Assembly (NCBI GenBank): GCA_963666565.1
Contig: OY762911.1
Span: 256,001 to 320,000 of the forward strand
From: Thermoanaerobaculia bacterium
GTDB taxonomy: Bacteria > Acidobacteriota > Thermoanaerobaculia > Multivoradales > Multivoraceae
Reading direction: 5' to 3'
Length of the DNA: 64,000 nucleotides
Part shown: positions 18,974-28,885 of the stretch, piece by piece
How the letters are laid out: every line of letters begins with the position of its first letter
Numbering within the stretch: the first letter of the stretch is position 1
Notes under the pieces: model-generated
Database searches by the model: none
Seen by the model: only the letters and a program-made list of their open reading frames with translations
Told to the model about the DNA's origin: nothing
Position numbers and translations under genes: made by a program

Positions 18974-19869
18974 GCTGTCGCGCCGGCCTGACGGGCCCGG
19001 TCCAGCACCCGCTCCGCCCGATGCAGGTGGGGGGCATCGACCATCCGGCCTTCGTGACGGAAGGCCATCCTGCCCCGAGCCTGGTTCTCGGCGAACGCCG
19101 CCACCAGCGCGGCGGCGGAGGCGATTTCCTCCTCGCTCGGCGTGAAGACCTCGTTGACGATCGGGATCTGGTTCGGGTGGATCGTCATCTTGCCCTCGAA
19201 GCCCATCCACGCGGCCCGCTGGCAGTCGAGCCGCAGACCGTCCAGGTCGCCGATCTCGGTGAAGACGCTGTCGATCGGCTGGGCGCCGCCGGCGCGGGCG
19301 GCGAGCAGGGTCATCGACCGGCAGTAGCGGAACACGTCGAGGTACTCGCCGCGCTCGTCCCGGCGGCGGCTGGCGCCGATCGACACGGACAGGTCCTCGG
19401 CGCCCCAGGTCAGCGCCGAGACGCGGTTGGTCGCGGTCAGGTGGGCCAGGTTCAGCGCGCCGCCGGCCGTCTCGGTCGCGATCAGGATCAGCGCGATGCC
19501 GCCGAGGTCGTGGCCGCGGGCCATCTCAAGTTGCGCGACCAGCCGATCGACCCGCAGCACGTCATCGACGCCGCTCACCTTGGGCACGACGTAGGCGTCG
19601 GGCGGGTGCTCCATCGTGACCTCGACGTCCTCCCGGCCCCAGGGCGTCATCAGGTCGTTGATCCGTACAGCCCGCTCCTTGCCGCCGAAGTCCGTCGCCG
19701 CCAGCCAGCCGGCTACTTCGCGCCGGACCTCTTCCTTGCGGTCCGGCGTCACGGCGTCCTCGAGATCGAGGATCAGCGTGTCGGCCTCGAGCCCCAGCGA
19801 CTTGGCCAGCATGCGCTCGTTGCCGCCCGGAACGAAGTGGACGGCGCGCCTGAGGCGGGCACTGCTCAC
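18970..19869 (-). CDS. CitE-like CoA-ester lyase (HpcH/HpaI aldolase/citrate lyase beta family)
   Basis: ILDLEDAV, AVRIN, GAEDL, GFEGKMTIHPNQ and MVDAPH. Confidence 0.9.
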   Translation of the reverse strand: MSSARLRRAVHFVPGGNERMLAKSLGLEADTLILDLEDAVTPDRKEEVRREVAGWLAATDFGGKERAVRINDLMTPWGREDVEVTMEHPPDAYVVPKVSGVDDVLRVDRLVAQLEMARGHDLGGIALILIATETAGGALNLAHLTATNRVSALTWGAEDLSVSIGASRRRDERGEYLDVFRYCRSMTLLAARAGGAQPIDSVFTEIGDLDGLRLDCQRAAWMGFEGKMTIHPNQIPIVNEVFTPSEEEIASAAALVAAFAENQARGRMAFRHEGRMVDAPHLHRAERVLDRARQAGATA

Positions 19870-19973
19870 GCGGCGACTCTAGCGCGGCGGAAAGGCGCGG
19901 GAAGCCGGCGCGTTCCTGGCCGCCTGCGGCGGCAGCGGGTCGGAGGACCCGCGCACCCGGCAGGCGCCACCGC

Positions 19974-21119
19974 TCACGCGGCGACGTCCCGAATCTCCAG
20001 TTCGACGCGGCGCAGGCCCTCCGCGAAGGCTTCCGGCTCGACGCCCAGACCGAAGCGCAGGTAGCCCGGCATCCCGGCCCAGCGGCCCGCGATCAGCAGG
20101 ACGCTGCGGTTCCGCCGGAGCCGTTCCGCGAAGGCGGCGCAGTCGGCCGGACGGCCGTTCTCCAGCAGCGGCACGAAGCCGTAGGCCCCGGCCCGCGGCT
20201 CGCGGTAGGCGATCGCGCCGTCGTGCCGGCCGGTCCAGTCGCGGAAGGTCGCGCGGTTCGTGCGCATCATCCGCCGCGCCCGTTCGAACAGCCGTTCCTG
20301 GTTCGACGGCTCGGTGGCGAAACGCGCGATCGGGTCGGAAAGCGCCGCGGGGGCGATCGTCGTGAAGTCCCGCCTCGACCAGCACCGCTCGACGAACTCG
20401 GGGGGACCGACCATCCAGCCCAGGCGGGCGCCCGGTAGACCGTACGCCTTGGACAGGCTGGAGACGACGACGACGCGCTCGCCCCGTCCCCACATCCCGG
20501 GCGCCTCCTCTCCGGGCCCCAGGTCGTGTACGGCGCCGCGATAGACCTCGTCCGACAGCACCCAGGCGCCGACCCGTTCCGCGGCGGCCGAGATGCGGTC
20601 GAGTTCGGCCGGCGTGAACACGTGGCCGGTCGGGTTGTTCGGATGACTCAGGTAGATGAGCTTCGTCCGCTCGCCGACCGCGTCCTCGAACGCATCCCAG
20701 TCGAGCGACCAGCTCGACTCGTCGGCGCCGGGGAGGAGCGGTATGTCTCGCACCACCGCCCCGAGGCCACGGGCCGCCAGACCCACCTGCAGGTAGTTCG
20801 GCACGATCGCCACCACCTCGTCGCCCGGCGTGACCAGGACCTGCACGGCCACGTAGTTCGCCTCGGACGAGCCGGTTGTCACCAGCAGATTCCCGATCGT
20901 CGCCCCCGCGTAGTGCCCGGCGAGCTGCGAGCGCAGCTCCGGCGTGCCGTTCGACTGGATGTACTCGAGCGGCATCGAGTGCAGTCCGTCCAGATCGAAC
21001 CCCAGCGCCGCCAGGCCGTTCAGCGTCAGCGGTTCGACGCCGCTCTCGCTCATGTTGATCTCTACGCGGTGTTCCCAGAGCGACTGCTGCCGCTCCAGAT
21101 GGAAGGTCTCCATCTCCAT
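19974..21119 (-). CDS. PLP-dependent aminotransferase class I/II
   Basis: PNNPTG, SDEVY and SLSKAYGLPGARLGW. Confidence 0.92.
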   Translation of the reverse strand: MEMETFHLERQQSLWEHRVEINMSESGVEPLTLNGLAALGFDLDGLHSMPLEYIQSNGTPELRSQLAGHYAGATIGNLLVTTGSSEANYVAVQVLVTPGDEVVAIVPNYLQVGLAARGLGAVVRDIPLLPGADESSWSLDWDAFEDAVGERTKLIYLSHPNNPTGHVFTPAELDRISAAAERVGAWVLSDEVYRGAVHDLGPGEEAPGMWGRGERVVVVSSLSKAYGLPGARLGWMVGPPEFVERCWSRRDFTTIAPAALSDPIARFATEPSNQERLFERARRMMRTNRATFRDWTGRHDGAIAYREPRAGAYGFVPLLENGRPADCAAFAERLRRNRSVLLIAGRWAGMPGYLRFGLGVEPEAFAEGLRRVELEIRDVAA

Positions 21120-21262
21120 CGTGCTTGTCCCTCGCCGAATCGGTCCCTCGTCAGGCGCCGCAGTATGCCACCGCCTCCCGCAGGACAGACTGGGTGCGCG
21201 GGTCTTCCGACCCGCCGCCGCCGCAGGCGGCCGGAAGCCCGCCGGCCGTCAGGCCGGCGCCG

Positions 21263-22288
21263 CTACGGCAGCGCATGCACCGACGGCATCACGCCGACGG
21301 CATGGCTGCCGAAGCCGAAGTTCGTCGGCTCGTACTCGCCGACGACGCGGGCGTCGCTCCGGTCCGGGATCCGGTCCTCCATGCCGAGGCCCCAGTACAC
21401 GGCGTTCACGAGCAGCCGGCGGAGTCCCTCGCTCTCGAAGTCCGTCGACGACCCCATCGTGGTCGTGAACACGCGCGCCGCCTTGCCGCCGGCGCCGGTG
21501 TAGGAACGGGTCCATGCGATCGGGACCATCGGGTCGTTCTTCGGCCCCTCGACCGGCGGATCGCCGGGCGACATCCCGGCGAGGACGGCGCCGAGCAGCA
21601 GGACGTTCGCGTCGTCGCCGAGGTTCCTGAGGCCGTAAACGTCGGTGGGACCCCAGACGTCGTCCACGCCGCGCAGGATGGGGTGGCCGGCCGCGCCCGG
21701 AGCGACGACGCCGCGGGTGCTCTCCTGGCCGTGGCGCCCGTGATGGTTGATCCAGGTGTCGCCGAGAACCTGCTGCCCGAATCCGCCGGGCCAGGAGTCG
21801 CTGCGGAAGTGCCAGTGCGCGTACAGGCTGTCCGGGTTGCGCTGGTAGGAGAAGGCGTGCGTGGCAGTCCGCAGGCCCACGATCGGCCGCCCGGAGTCGA
21901 CATAGTCGACGATGTGCTTCATCTGCTCGTCGGGCAGTTCGCGGAACCGCGTGGCGATCACCATCAGGTCGGCGTCCGCGAGCGCTTCGAGACCCGGGAT
22001 GTTCGTCTGCTCCTCGGGATCGATGGCCCCGGTCTCGGCGTCGATGGAGAACAGGACGACGCACTCGAACCCGTGCCGCACCGAGAGCAGTTTGCCCAGC
22101 ATCGGCATCGCTTCCTCGGAGCGGTACTCCTCGTCGCCGGCGATCAGGACGACCTTGTGGCCGGCGCCGGGGCCGTCGCTTCCCGGGTAGGCCACCCACG
22201 GATTCTGCCCGAGCGAGGACGCCGGCAGCGACGCGAAGAGGAGGGCTGCAACCAATGCCGGAACGAGGGGAAAACGACCATTCTTCAT
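21263..22288 (-). CDS. Secreted ThuA (trehalose-utilisation/GATase-like) domain protein
   Basis: Signal peptide; GDEEYRSEE, GLRTATHAF, RVFTTTMG and LLVNAVYW. Confidence 0.75.
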   Translation of the reverse strand: MKNGRFPLVPALVAALLFASLPASSLGQNPWVAYPGSDGPGAGHKVVLIAGDEEYRSEEAMPMLGKLLSVRHGFECVVLFSIDAETGAIDPEEQTNIPGLEALADADLMVIATRFRELPDEQMKHIVDYVDSGRPIVGLRTATHAFSYQRNPDSLYAHWHFRSDSWPGGFGQQVLGDTWINHHGRHGQESTRGVVAPGAAGHPILRGVDDVWGPTDVYGLRNLGDDANVLLLGAVLAGMSPGDPPVEGPKNDPMVPIAWTRSYTGAGGKAARVFTTTMGSSTDFESEGLRRLLVNAVYWGLGMEDRIPDRSDARVVGEYEPTNFGFGSHAVGVMPSVHALP

Positions 22289-22394
22289 CGCTGGAACCTC
22301 CGGCGGCAGCGTACCAGCGCGCTATCGTACGCACCCCAGACGTCCGACAGCCAACTCGCACGGCCGGCACGGCACGACTCCAGGAGTCCGCAAC

Positions 22395-22865
22395 ATGAAG
22401 AGACAAACTCTCCTCGCCTTCTTCCTCGGCGTGCTTCTGCTCGCGACCGCCAGCACGGAGGCACAAGACTTGAAGACGGAATTCCTCGGCACGCAGCCGG
22501 GCTTCTCCCACATCGCGAAGACGACCGCGGGCGGCGTCACCACGATCCTCATCTCGGGCCAGGTCGGCTGGGCCGACGACGGCGCGCCCGCGCCCGCCGA
22601 AACTCTCGCGGAGCAGGCCGAGATCGCGTTCACCAACGTCGTCAAGCGCGTGGAGCAGGCCGGTGCCACCGCCGACGACATCGTCAAGTTCACCGTCTTC
22701 ATCAAGGACATCGACCCGGAGAAGGTGCAGACCGTCGGCCGCGCCCAGGCCAAGGTCCTGGGCCTCGACCCGCCGCGAGCGGCGACCTGGGTCGGGGTTA
22801 CGGGGCTCGTGTTCCCGTCGCTGCTGGTCGAGGTGGAGGCGACGGCGGTGGTGGCTGCGGAGTAG
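22395..22865 (+). CDS. RidA/YjgF-family protein with N-terminal signal peptide
   Basis: ISGQVG, DIVKFTVF and LVEVEATA; GGAG RBS. Confidence 0.85.
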   Translation: MKRQTLLAFFLGVLLLATASTEAQDLKTEFLGTQPGFSHIAKTTAGGVTTILISGQVGWADDGAPAPAETLAEQAEIAFTNVVKRVEQAGATADDIVKFTVFIKDIDPEKVQTVGRAQAKVLGLDPPRAATWVGVTGLVFPSLLVEVEATAVVAAE

Positions 22866-22888
22866 CAGCACGGCCGGGCGCGGGTGTC

Positions 22889-23025
22889 GGTGCGCGGGTC
22901 TTCCGACCCGCCCACCGGCGGCGCTTGGAGCGGCGCAGCCGGAACGACAAGGCCGCCGGCCAAAGGCCGGCGACGCTTCCGAAGCCGCCTCCGGCGGCAG
23001 CGGGTCAGAGGACCCGCGCACCCAG
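22889..23025. repeat. REPIN/MITE-like ~140-bp element (full copy 1)
   Basis: Inverted termini GGTGCGCGGGTC(TTCC/CTCT)GACCCGC; interior shared with 33422-33562 and 49806-49947. Confidence 0.85.
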
Positions 23026-23171
23026 TGCGAACACCGCCGGCCTTCGATCCAGCAACCGCTTCGGAACGGCGTCAGCACAAGGGAGACGGGAATCGCTGGC
23101 CGAGACGCTTGCGAAGCAAGCGGCGAACGCAGAATCCCGTCTCCCGCTCCACGCCTGCGCTCCGCGCGGCG

Positions 23172-23246
23172 TGGAGCGGGAGACGGGATTCGAACCCGCG
23201 ACCAACAGCTTGGAAGGCTGTGACTCTACCCCTGAGTTACTCCCGC
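23172..23246 (-). tRNA. tRNA-Gly(TCC)
   Basis: GCGGGAG...CAGCCTTCCAAGCTG...GGTTCGAATCCCGTCTCCCGCTCCA cloverleaf. Confidence 0.96.
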
Positions 23247-23267
23247 GCACCCGCGAAGGGGAGGAAG

Positions 23268-23354
23268 TGGTGGAGGCGGATGGATTCGAACCACCGTAGG
23301 GCTTTGCCCGACAGATTTACAGTCTGTTGCCTTTGACCGCTCGGCCACACCTCC
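23268..23354 (-). tRNA. tRNA-Tyr(GTA)
   Basis: Anticodon arm CAGACTGTAAATCTG, long variable arm, GGTTCGAATCC and CCA end. Confidence 0.96.
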
Positions 23355-23367
23355 GGCAACTTCCCCA

Positions 23368-23443
23368 TGGAGCCGGCACCCGGATTCGAACCGAGGACCT
23401 ACTGCTTACAAGGCAGTTGCTCTGCCAACTGAGCTATGCCGGC
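23368..23443 (-). tRNA. tRNA-Thr(TGT)
   Basis: GCCGGCATAGCTCAGTTGG...CTGCCTTGTAAGCAG...GGTTCGAATCC...CCA. Confidence 0.96.
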
Positions 23444-23484
23444 CCTCGCTTGCGAGGCGCTTGACGCCACGGCGACGCCGGAGT

Positions 23485-24276
23485 CTACGACAGGCCCTTC
23501 GCGCTGACAAGACGCTGCCGCACAGCCTCGTAGAGCAGCGCGGCCGCAGCCGTCGACAGGTTGAGGGACTCGACCCGGCCCCGCATCGGCAACCCGAGCA
23601 GGCCGTCGCAAAGGCCCCTCGTGCGGCGGCGAAGCCCCCGCGCCTCGCCGCCGATGCAGAGGACGACCGGGCCGCTCAGGTCGACCGTCCACGGCGGGTC
23701 GCCGGCGGCGTCCGCGCCGTAGACCCAGAAGCCGTCGCGCTTGAGACGCTCGATCTCCTGGCCGCTGTTGACGATCCGCTCCACGTCGAGCCAATCGACC
23801 GCGCCCGCGGCGGCAGCCGCCACCGCGGCGGAGAGCGGAGCGGATCCGCGGTCGCGGACCAGGACGCGGCCGACGCCGGCGCCTTCGCAGACCCGCAGCA
23901 AGGCGCCCAGGTTCCGCGGATCCTGGACGTCCTCGACCAGGACGACGAGCCCGGGGTCCGCCGACGCCGCCCTCGGCTCGCCGCCTTCCGCCTCCGCCAG
24001 AACGGCCGCGAAGCCGCGCGCCGCCGCCTGGTCCTGACCGGCCTCCACGAGGCGCGCCCGCAGTTCGGCGACCGCGAGGCTCGTCACGCGCACGCGATGC
24101 CGTTGGCACAGAGCCTCGATCGTCCGGCGCCGGTCGCCGGCGGCCCGCGAAACGAGGACTTCGACGACCCGATGCGGCTGGCTCCGCAGGATCTCGCGCA
24201 CCGGCTGGAAGCCGAGCCGCCAGTCCGCGCCGGCAGTCCGCGCGGCGGAGGAAGGCCGCCGGTTCCACCCGTTCAT
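23485..24276 (-). CDS. rlmB: 23S rRNA (G2251-2'-O)-methyltransferase, SpoU family
   Basis: QDPRNLGALLR, IGGEARG and VESLNLSTA. Confidence 0.88.
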   Translation of the reverse strand: MNGWNRRPSSAARTAGADWRLGFQPVREILRSQPHRVVEVLVSRAAGDRRRTIEALCQRHRVRVTSLAVAELRARLVEAGQDQAAARGFAAVLAEAEGGEPRAASADPGLVVLVEDVQDPRNLGALLRVCEGAGVGRVLVRDRGSAPLSAAVAAAAAGAVDWLDVERIVNSGQEIERLKRDGFWVYGADAAGDPPWTVDLSGPVVLCIGGEARGLRRRTRGLCDGLLGLPMRGRVESLNLSTAAAALLYEAVRQRLVSAKGLS

Positions 24277-25484
24277 CCGCGTTCACGCTCCAGCAGCACG
24301 ACGGCCTCGGCCGCCATGCCCTCGCCTCGACCGAGCGGCCCCAGTCCTTCGTGGGTCGTCGCCTTGAAGTTCATCCGTCCGGCGTCGATGCCGAGCAGGC
24401 CCGCGACGCGATCCTCGATCGCCGAACGGTACGGCGCCATCGACGGACGCTCGGCGACGAGGGTCACGTCGCAGTTCCGGACCGCGAAGCCGCGTTCCCC
24501 CACCATCTCGACGATCCGCCGCAGCAGGTCGGAACTGTCGGCGCCGCGCCAGGTCTCGTCCGACGGCGGGAAGTGAACTCCCAGGTCGCCCAGGCCGGCG
24601 GCGCCGAGCAGCGCGTCCCCGATCGCGTGGAGAACGACGTCGGCGTCGCTGTGGCCGTCGAGGCCGGCTTCGTGCGGGATGCGCTGCCCGCCCAGGACGA
24701 GCGGCCGGCCGGCGCGCAGCCGGTGAACGTCGTAGCCGTGACCGATGGCCGTCTCGACTGCCGTCGAGGTCCGGCGCTCGGCCTGATGCAGCCCCTCCGA
24801 GCCAAGAAGAGCCGCGATCACGGGAAGATCGGACGGACCGGTCAGTTTCGGATTCGGGTGGGAGGCGGAAACCGCCGACACCGAACCCGACGGGAAGAGG
24901 CTGCTCTCGTCGCTCGCTTCCAGCCTGTCCCGCTCCGCGCGCTCGAGCGCCTCGCGAAGTTCCCCGGCTCGAAAGACCTGCGGCGTCTCCGCCCGGAACA
25001 GGCCGGCACGGTCGACGGTCGCGCCAAGGCGGCCGCCATCGTTCGTCTTCAGCGTGTCGCTCACCGGGCGGCCGAGGATCGCGCCCGCGCCGCCGCTGCC
25101 GGCGGCAACCCGCAGCACCTCCGCCAGGTCGGCCGCGGCCAGACAGGGCCGGGCGCCGTCGTGTACCGCCACCCAGTCCGACGGAGCGACCTCCGCCGCC
25201 GCCAGCGCGGCGCCGACGGAGTCCTGCCGGCGTCGTCCGCCCTCGACCGCGGAGATCGACACGTCGCGCGAAGTTCGGACCTCCCGCAGCAACATCTCAC
25301 GGGTCTCCCGGGCACGGCCCGCCGGCGCCGCGACGACGACGCGCTCGATCTCGGGCGCGGCCAGGAGCCGGTCGACGGTCCAGGCCAGCAGAGGTCTGCC
25401 GAGGACCGGCACGAACTGCTTGGGACGCTCGCCGCCGAACCGCCGGCCGCCGCCCGCGGCCGGGACGATGGCGCAGCAGGTCAC
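24273..25484 (-). CDS. ispDF: Bifunctional IspD/IspF
   Basis: PAAGGGRRFG..PKQF, RQDSV and VHDGARP (IspD); IGHGYDVH, GHSDADV and KATTHEGLG (IspF). Confidence 0.93.
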   Translation of the reverse strand: MTCCAIVPAAGGGRRFGGERPKQFVPVLGRPLLAWTVDRLLAAPEIERVVVAAPAGRARETREMLLREVRTSRDVSISAVEGGRRRQDSVGAALAAAEVAPSDWVAVHDGARPCLAAADLAEVLRVAAGSGGAGAILGRPVSDTLKTNDGGRLGATVDRAGLFRAETPQVFRAGELREALERAERDRLEASDESSLFPSGSVSAVSASHPNPKLTGPSDLPVIAALLGSEGLHQAERRTSTAVETAIGHGYDVHRLRAGRPLVLGGQRIPHEAGLDGHSDADVVLHAIGDALLGAAGLGDLGVHFPPSDETWRGADSSDLLRRIVEMVGERGFAVRNCDVTLVAERPSMAPYRSAIEDRVAGLLGIDAGRMNFKATTHEGLGPLGRGEGMAAEAVVLLERERG

Positions 25485-25486
25485 GC

Positions 25487-26041
25487 CTACACCTCGAGGA
25501 TGTCCTTCTCCTTGTTCGCGAGCGCCTGGTTCACCTGGGCGATGTAGTGATCGTGGAGCTTCTGCATCTCGTCGAAGCCCCGGCGCTCGTCGTCCTGGGA
25601 GATCTCCTTCGCCTTCTCCATCTGCTTCAGACGGTCGTTGCCCTCGCGCCGGACGGCGCGCACCGTGTTGCGGAAGCGCTCGGCGATCTCGTGGGCGCGC
25701 TTCACCATCTCGCGGCGCCGTTCCTCGGTCAGCGGCGGCACGGGGATACGGACGATCCGGCCGTCGTTCGACGGGTTGAGGCCAAGGTCGGCGATCAGGA
25801 TCGCGCGCTCGATCGCCGCGATCTGGGTCGGATCGAACGGCTGCGCCACCAGCAGCGTCGCGTCGGCGACCGAGAGGCTGGCGAGCTGGTTCAACGGCGT
25901 CGGCGTGCCGTAGTACTCCACCGTCACGCCGTCGAGCATCGCCGTCGAGGCCCGGCCGGTGCGCAGTGTCCTGAGCTCCGCGTGAAGATGGTCGACGCTA
26001 TCCTTCATCTTGAGCTCCATCTCCAAGAACAGCTCCTGCAT
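25487..26041 (-). CDS. frr: Ribosome recycling factor
   Basis: LRTGRA, LGLNPSNDG and PPLTEERR. Confidence 0.97.
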   Translation of the reverse strand: MQELFLEMELKMKDSVDHLHAELRTLRTGRASTAMLDGVTVEYYGTPTPLNQLASLSVADATLLVAQPFDPTQIAAIERAILIADLGLNPSNDGRIVRIPVPPLTEERRREMVKRAHEIAERFRNTVRAVRREGNDRLKQMEKAKEISQDDERRGFDEMQKLHDHYIAQVNQALANKEKDILEV

Positions 26042-26256
26042 CCGCTCAACCTCCCGAACGCGATTCTAGCCCGCGCGTTTCATCTCTCCTACTGCGCGCG
26101 CTTGGCGCTGGAGCCCAGCGAACGGGGCCGCACACTGGGCGCGCCGGCGTCCCCGCCGGCTGCCGCCGAAGGCGGCCAGAAAGACGCTCCGGCCGCAGGC
26201 CGGCGCCGCGGCGGCGGCGCAAAGCGCCTGCGACGAACAGGACGGTTGAACGGTCG

Positions 26257-26982
26257 TCAGGTGACGAGCGAGCCGACCTTCTTGCCCAGAACCACCCGCC
26301 GGATGTTGCCGGGGACCCCGAGGTCGAACACGGCGATGGGCAGGTCGTTCTCGCGGCACAGGCTGATCGCCGCCGCGTCCATGATGCCGAGGTTGCGCTC
26401 CAGGACCTCCTGGTACGTCACCTCCGGCAGGCGCACCGCGTCCGCGTCGCGGCGGGGATCGGCGCTGTAGACGCCGTCCACCTGCGTCGCCTTGAGCAGG
26501 ATCTCGGCCTGGACCTCGTTGGCGCGGAGCGCGGCGGCGGTGTCGGTCGTCAGGTACGGGTTGCCGGTGCCGGCGCCGAAGATGACGACCCGTCCCTTTT
26601 CCAGGTGCCGGATCGCCCGGCGGCGGATGAACGGCTCGGCGACGCTCTTCATCTCCAGCGCGGTCTGCACCCGGGTGGCGACGCCGGCCTTCTCCAGGGC
26701 GTCCTGCATCGCCAGGCTGTTGATCACCGTCGCCAGCATGCCCATGTAGTCGCCGGTCGCCCGCTCAACGCCCCGGTGGCTCGCCGCCAGGCCGCGGATG
26801 ACGTTGCCGCCGCCGACCACGATGCCGATCTGGACGCCCAGTTCGAAGACGTCCCGGATCTGCCCGGCGATCCGCCGCACCACCGCCTCGTCGATGCCGA
26901 AGGGCTTGTCGCCCATCAGGGCCTCGCCCGACAGCTTGAGCAGGATGCGGCGGTAGGCCGGCTCGGTCGCGGGCTCGGTCAT
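26257..26982 (-). CDS. pyrH: UMP kinase
   Basis: [21 protein letters not shown] and [13 protein letters not shown]. Confidence 0.97.
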   Translation of the reverse strand: MTEPATEPAYRRILLKLSGEALMGDKPFGIDEAVVRRIAGQIRDVFELGVQIGIVVGGGNVIRGLAASHRGVERATGDYMGMLATVINSLAMQDALEKAGVATRVQTALEMKSVAEPFIRRRAIRHLEKGRVVIFGAGTGNPYLTTDTAAALRANEVQAEILLKATQVDGVYSADPRRDADAVRLPEVTYQEVLERNLGIMDAAAISLCRENDLPIAVFDLGVPGNIRRVVLGKKVGSLVT

Positions 26983-26993
26983 CGACCTGGGCG

Positions 26994-27638
26994 TCAGGAC
27001 GGATCGGCGGCCGGCGCGGAGGCGGCGGCCACCGTCGAGTCGCCGCCGAGCTGGAACCTGGCGAACCGGCAGATGCGCATGTTCTCGCCCAGCTTGGCGA
27101 TCGCCCCCTTCAGCACGTCCTCGACCTTCCGGTCCGGGTCCTTCACGAACGGCTGCTCGAGCAGGCAGTTCTCGGCGAAGAACTTCGACATCCGGCCCTC
27201 GACGATCCGTTCGACGATGTGCTCCGGCTTGCCGGATTCCAGCGCCTGTTCCCGGTGGATCCGCTTCTCCCGCTCAAGGACGTCGTCCGTCACCTCGTCG
27301 CGGCCGATGAACCGGGGCTGGCTCGCCGCCACGTGGAGCGAGAGGTCGTGGGCCAACTGCTGGAAGTCGTCCGTCCGCGCGACGAAGTCCGTCTCGCAGT
27401 TGATCTCCAGCAGCACGCCGATCTTGCCGCCGGCGTGGATGTAGGACTTCACCAGACCGTCGCTGGTCGCCCGGCCCGCCTTCTTGGCAGCCGAGGCCAG
27501 GCCCTTCTTCCGCAGGGCGTCGATCGCCGCCTCCAGGTCGCCGCCGGTCTCCACCAGCGCCTTCTTGCAATCCATCATGCCGGCGCCGGTCCGCTCCCGG
27601 AGCTCCTTGACCATGCCGGCCGTCACTTTCGCGTTCAT
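26994..27638 (-). CDS. tsf: Elongation factor Ts (short form)
   Basis: [29 protein letters not shown]. Confidence 0.97.
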   Translation of the reverse strand: MNAKVTAGMVKELRERTGAGMMDCKKALVETGGDLEAAIDALRKKGLASAAKKAGRATSDGLVKSYIHAGGKIGVLLEINCETDFVARTDDFQQLAHDLSLHVAASQPRFIGRDEVTDDVLEREKRIHREQALESGKPEHIVERIVEGRMSKFFAENCLLEQPFVKDPDRKVEDVLKGAIAKLGENMRICRFARFQLGGDSTVAAASAPAADPS

Positions 27639-27750
27639 TGCTCTTTACTCCCTACGAGGCGGCTGCCCGCCTCGGACTCTGCCGTGGGTGCGCGGGTCTC
27701 TGCCAGGCCAGTTCCGATCTGGCGGCCAGTTCCACGCGAACCTGCCGCGG

Positions 27751-28872
27751 TCAGTTGGCTTCGGCGTCGCTGCCGGCCTGTTCGTCTTCGGCCGCCGGTT
27801 CGCCGGTCCCGGTTTCGGCCTCCGCTTCGCCAGCGGCCTCCGCGGCGGCTTCGGCCTCGGCCTCCCCTCCGTCCTGGGCCTCGGACGCCTCCGCCTGAGC
27901 CTCGGACGCCGGTTCGGCCTCCGCCGCGGGTTCCGGCGCTGGCTCGCTCGCGGCCTCCGCGGCGGGCTCGGGCGCGGCCTCCGCGACGGGCTCGGGCGCG
28001 GCCTCCGCGACGGGTTCGGGCGCGGCCTCCGCGGCGGGCTCGGGCGCGGCCTCCGCGGCGGGCTCGGGCGCGGCCTCCGCGGCGGGCTCAGGCGCGGATT
28101 CGCTCGCGGCCTGCGCCGGTTCGGGCGCAGCTTCGGGCACCGCCTCGCCGGCGGCCTCCGCCGAGACTCCGCTGCCGTTGCCTCCCTTCGCCCAGGCCGC
28201 GGCGCCCTCGATGTACGAGTCGGCGATGCGGCCGGCGAACAGGCGGATCGTGCGGATCGCGTCGTCGTTGCCCGGAATCACGTGGTCCACCAGTTCCGGG
28301 TCGCAGTTCGTGTCGACGATCGCCACGACCGGGATGTTCAGCTTGTTCGCCTCCGCGATCGCGATGTGCTCGCGCCGCGGATCGACGATGAACAGCGCGT
28401 CCGGCAGCCGCTCCATCTCGCGGATGCCGTCGAGGTTGCGGACCATCTTGTCCCGCTCGCGCTCCAGCCGGAGGCGTTCCTTCTTGGTCAGCAGGCTCTC
28501 CTCGTCGGCCAGCTTCCGCTCCGTCTCCTGCAACCGCTCCACGGAGGCGCGGATCGTCACGAAGTTGGTCAGCGTGCCGCCGAGCCAGCGATGCGTGACG
28601 TAGAACTGGCCGCAGCGGCGCGCCTCTTCCTCGATCGCCTGCTGGGCCTGGCGCTTGGTGCCCACGAACAGAAGGCGGCGCCCCATGCGGGCCATGTGCT
28701 CGACGTAGTCCGCCGCCTCGCGAAAGCGCTCCAGCGTCTGCTGGAGGTCGATGATGTAGATGCCGTTCCGGCGTCCGAAGATGTAGCCGCGCATCTTCGG
28801 GTTCCAGCGCCTCGTCTGGTGGCCGAAGTGCACACCGGCCTCCAGCATCTCCTTCATCGTCACCTGAGCCAC
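27751..28872 (-). CDS. rpsB: 30S ribosomal protein S2 with long acidic repetitive tail
   Basis: [34 protein letters not shown] and PGNDDA. Confidence 0.97.
   Translation of the reverse strand: MAQVTMKEMLEAGVHFGHQTRRWNPKMRGYIFGRRNGIYIIDLQQTLERFREAADYVEHMARMGRRLLFVGTKRQAQQAIEEEARRCGQFYVTHRWLGGTLTNFVTIRASVERLQETERKLADEESLLTKKERLRLERERDKMVRNLDGIREMERLPDALFIVDPRREHIAIAEANKLNIPVVAIVDTNCDPELVDHVIPGNDDAIRTIRLFAGRIADSYIEGAAAWAKGGNGSGVSAEAAGEAVPEAAPEPAQAASESAPEPAAEAAPEPAAEAAPEPAAEAAPEPVAEAAPEPVAEAAPEPAAEAASEPAPEPAAEAEPASEAQAEASEAQDGGEAEAEAAAEAAGEAEAETGTGEPAAEDEQAGSDAEAN
27950..28095. repeat. 24-bp tandem repeat encoding EAAPEP(A/V)A in RpsB
   Basis: About six units of GCGGCCTCCGCG(G/A)CGGG(C/T)TCGGGC. 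Confidence 0.9.
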
Positions 28873-28885
28873 GAACCTGTCCCCG

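Noticed and set aside
24273-25484. IspD-IspF fusion as a novelty
   Set aside because: Bifunctional IspDF is well known in several bacterial groups.
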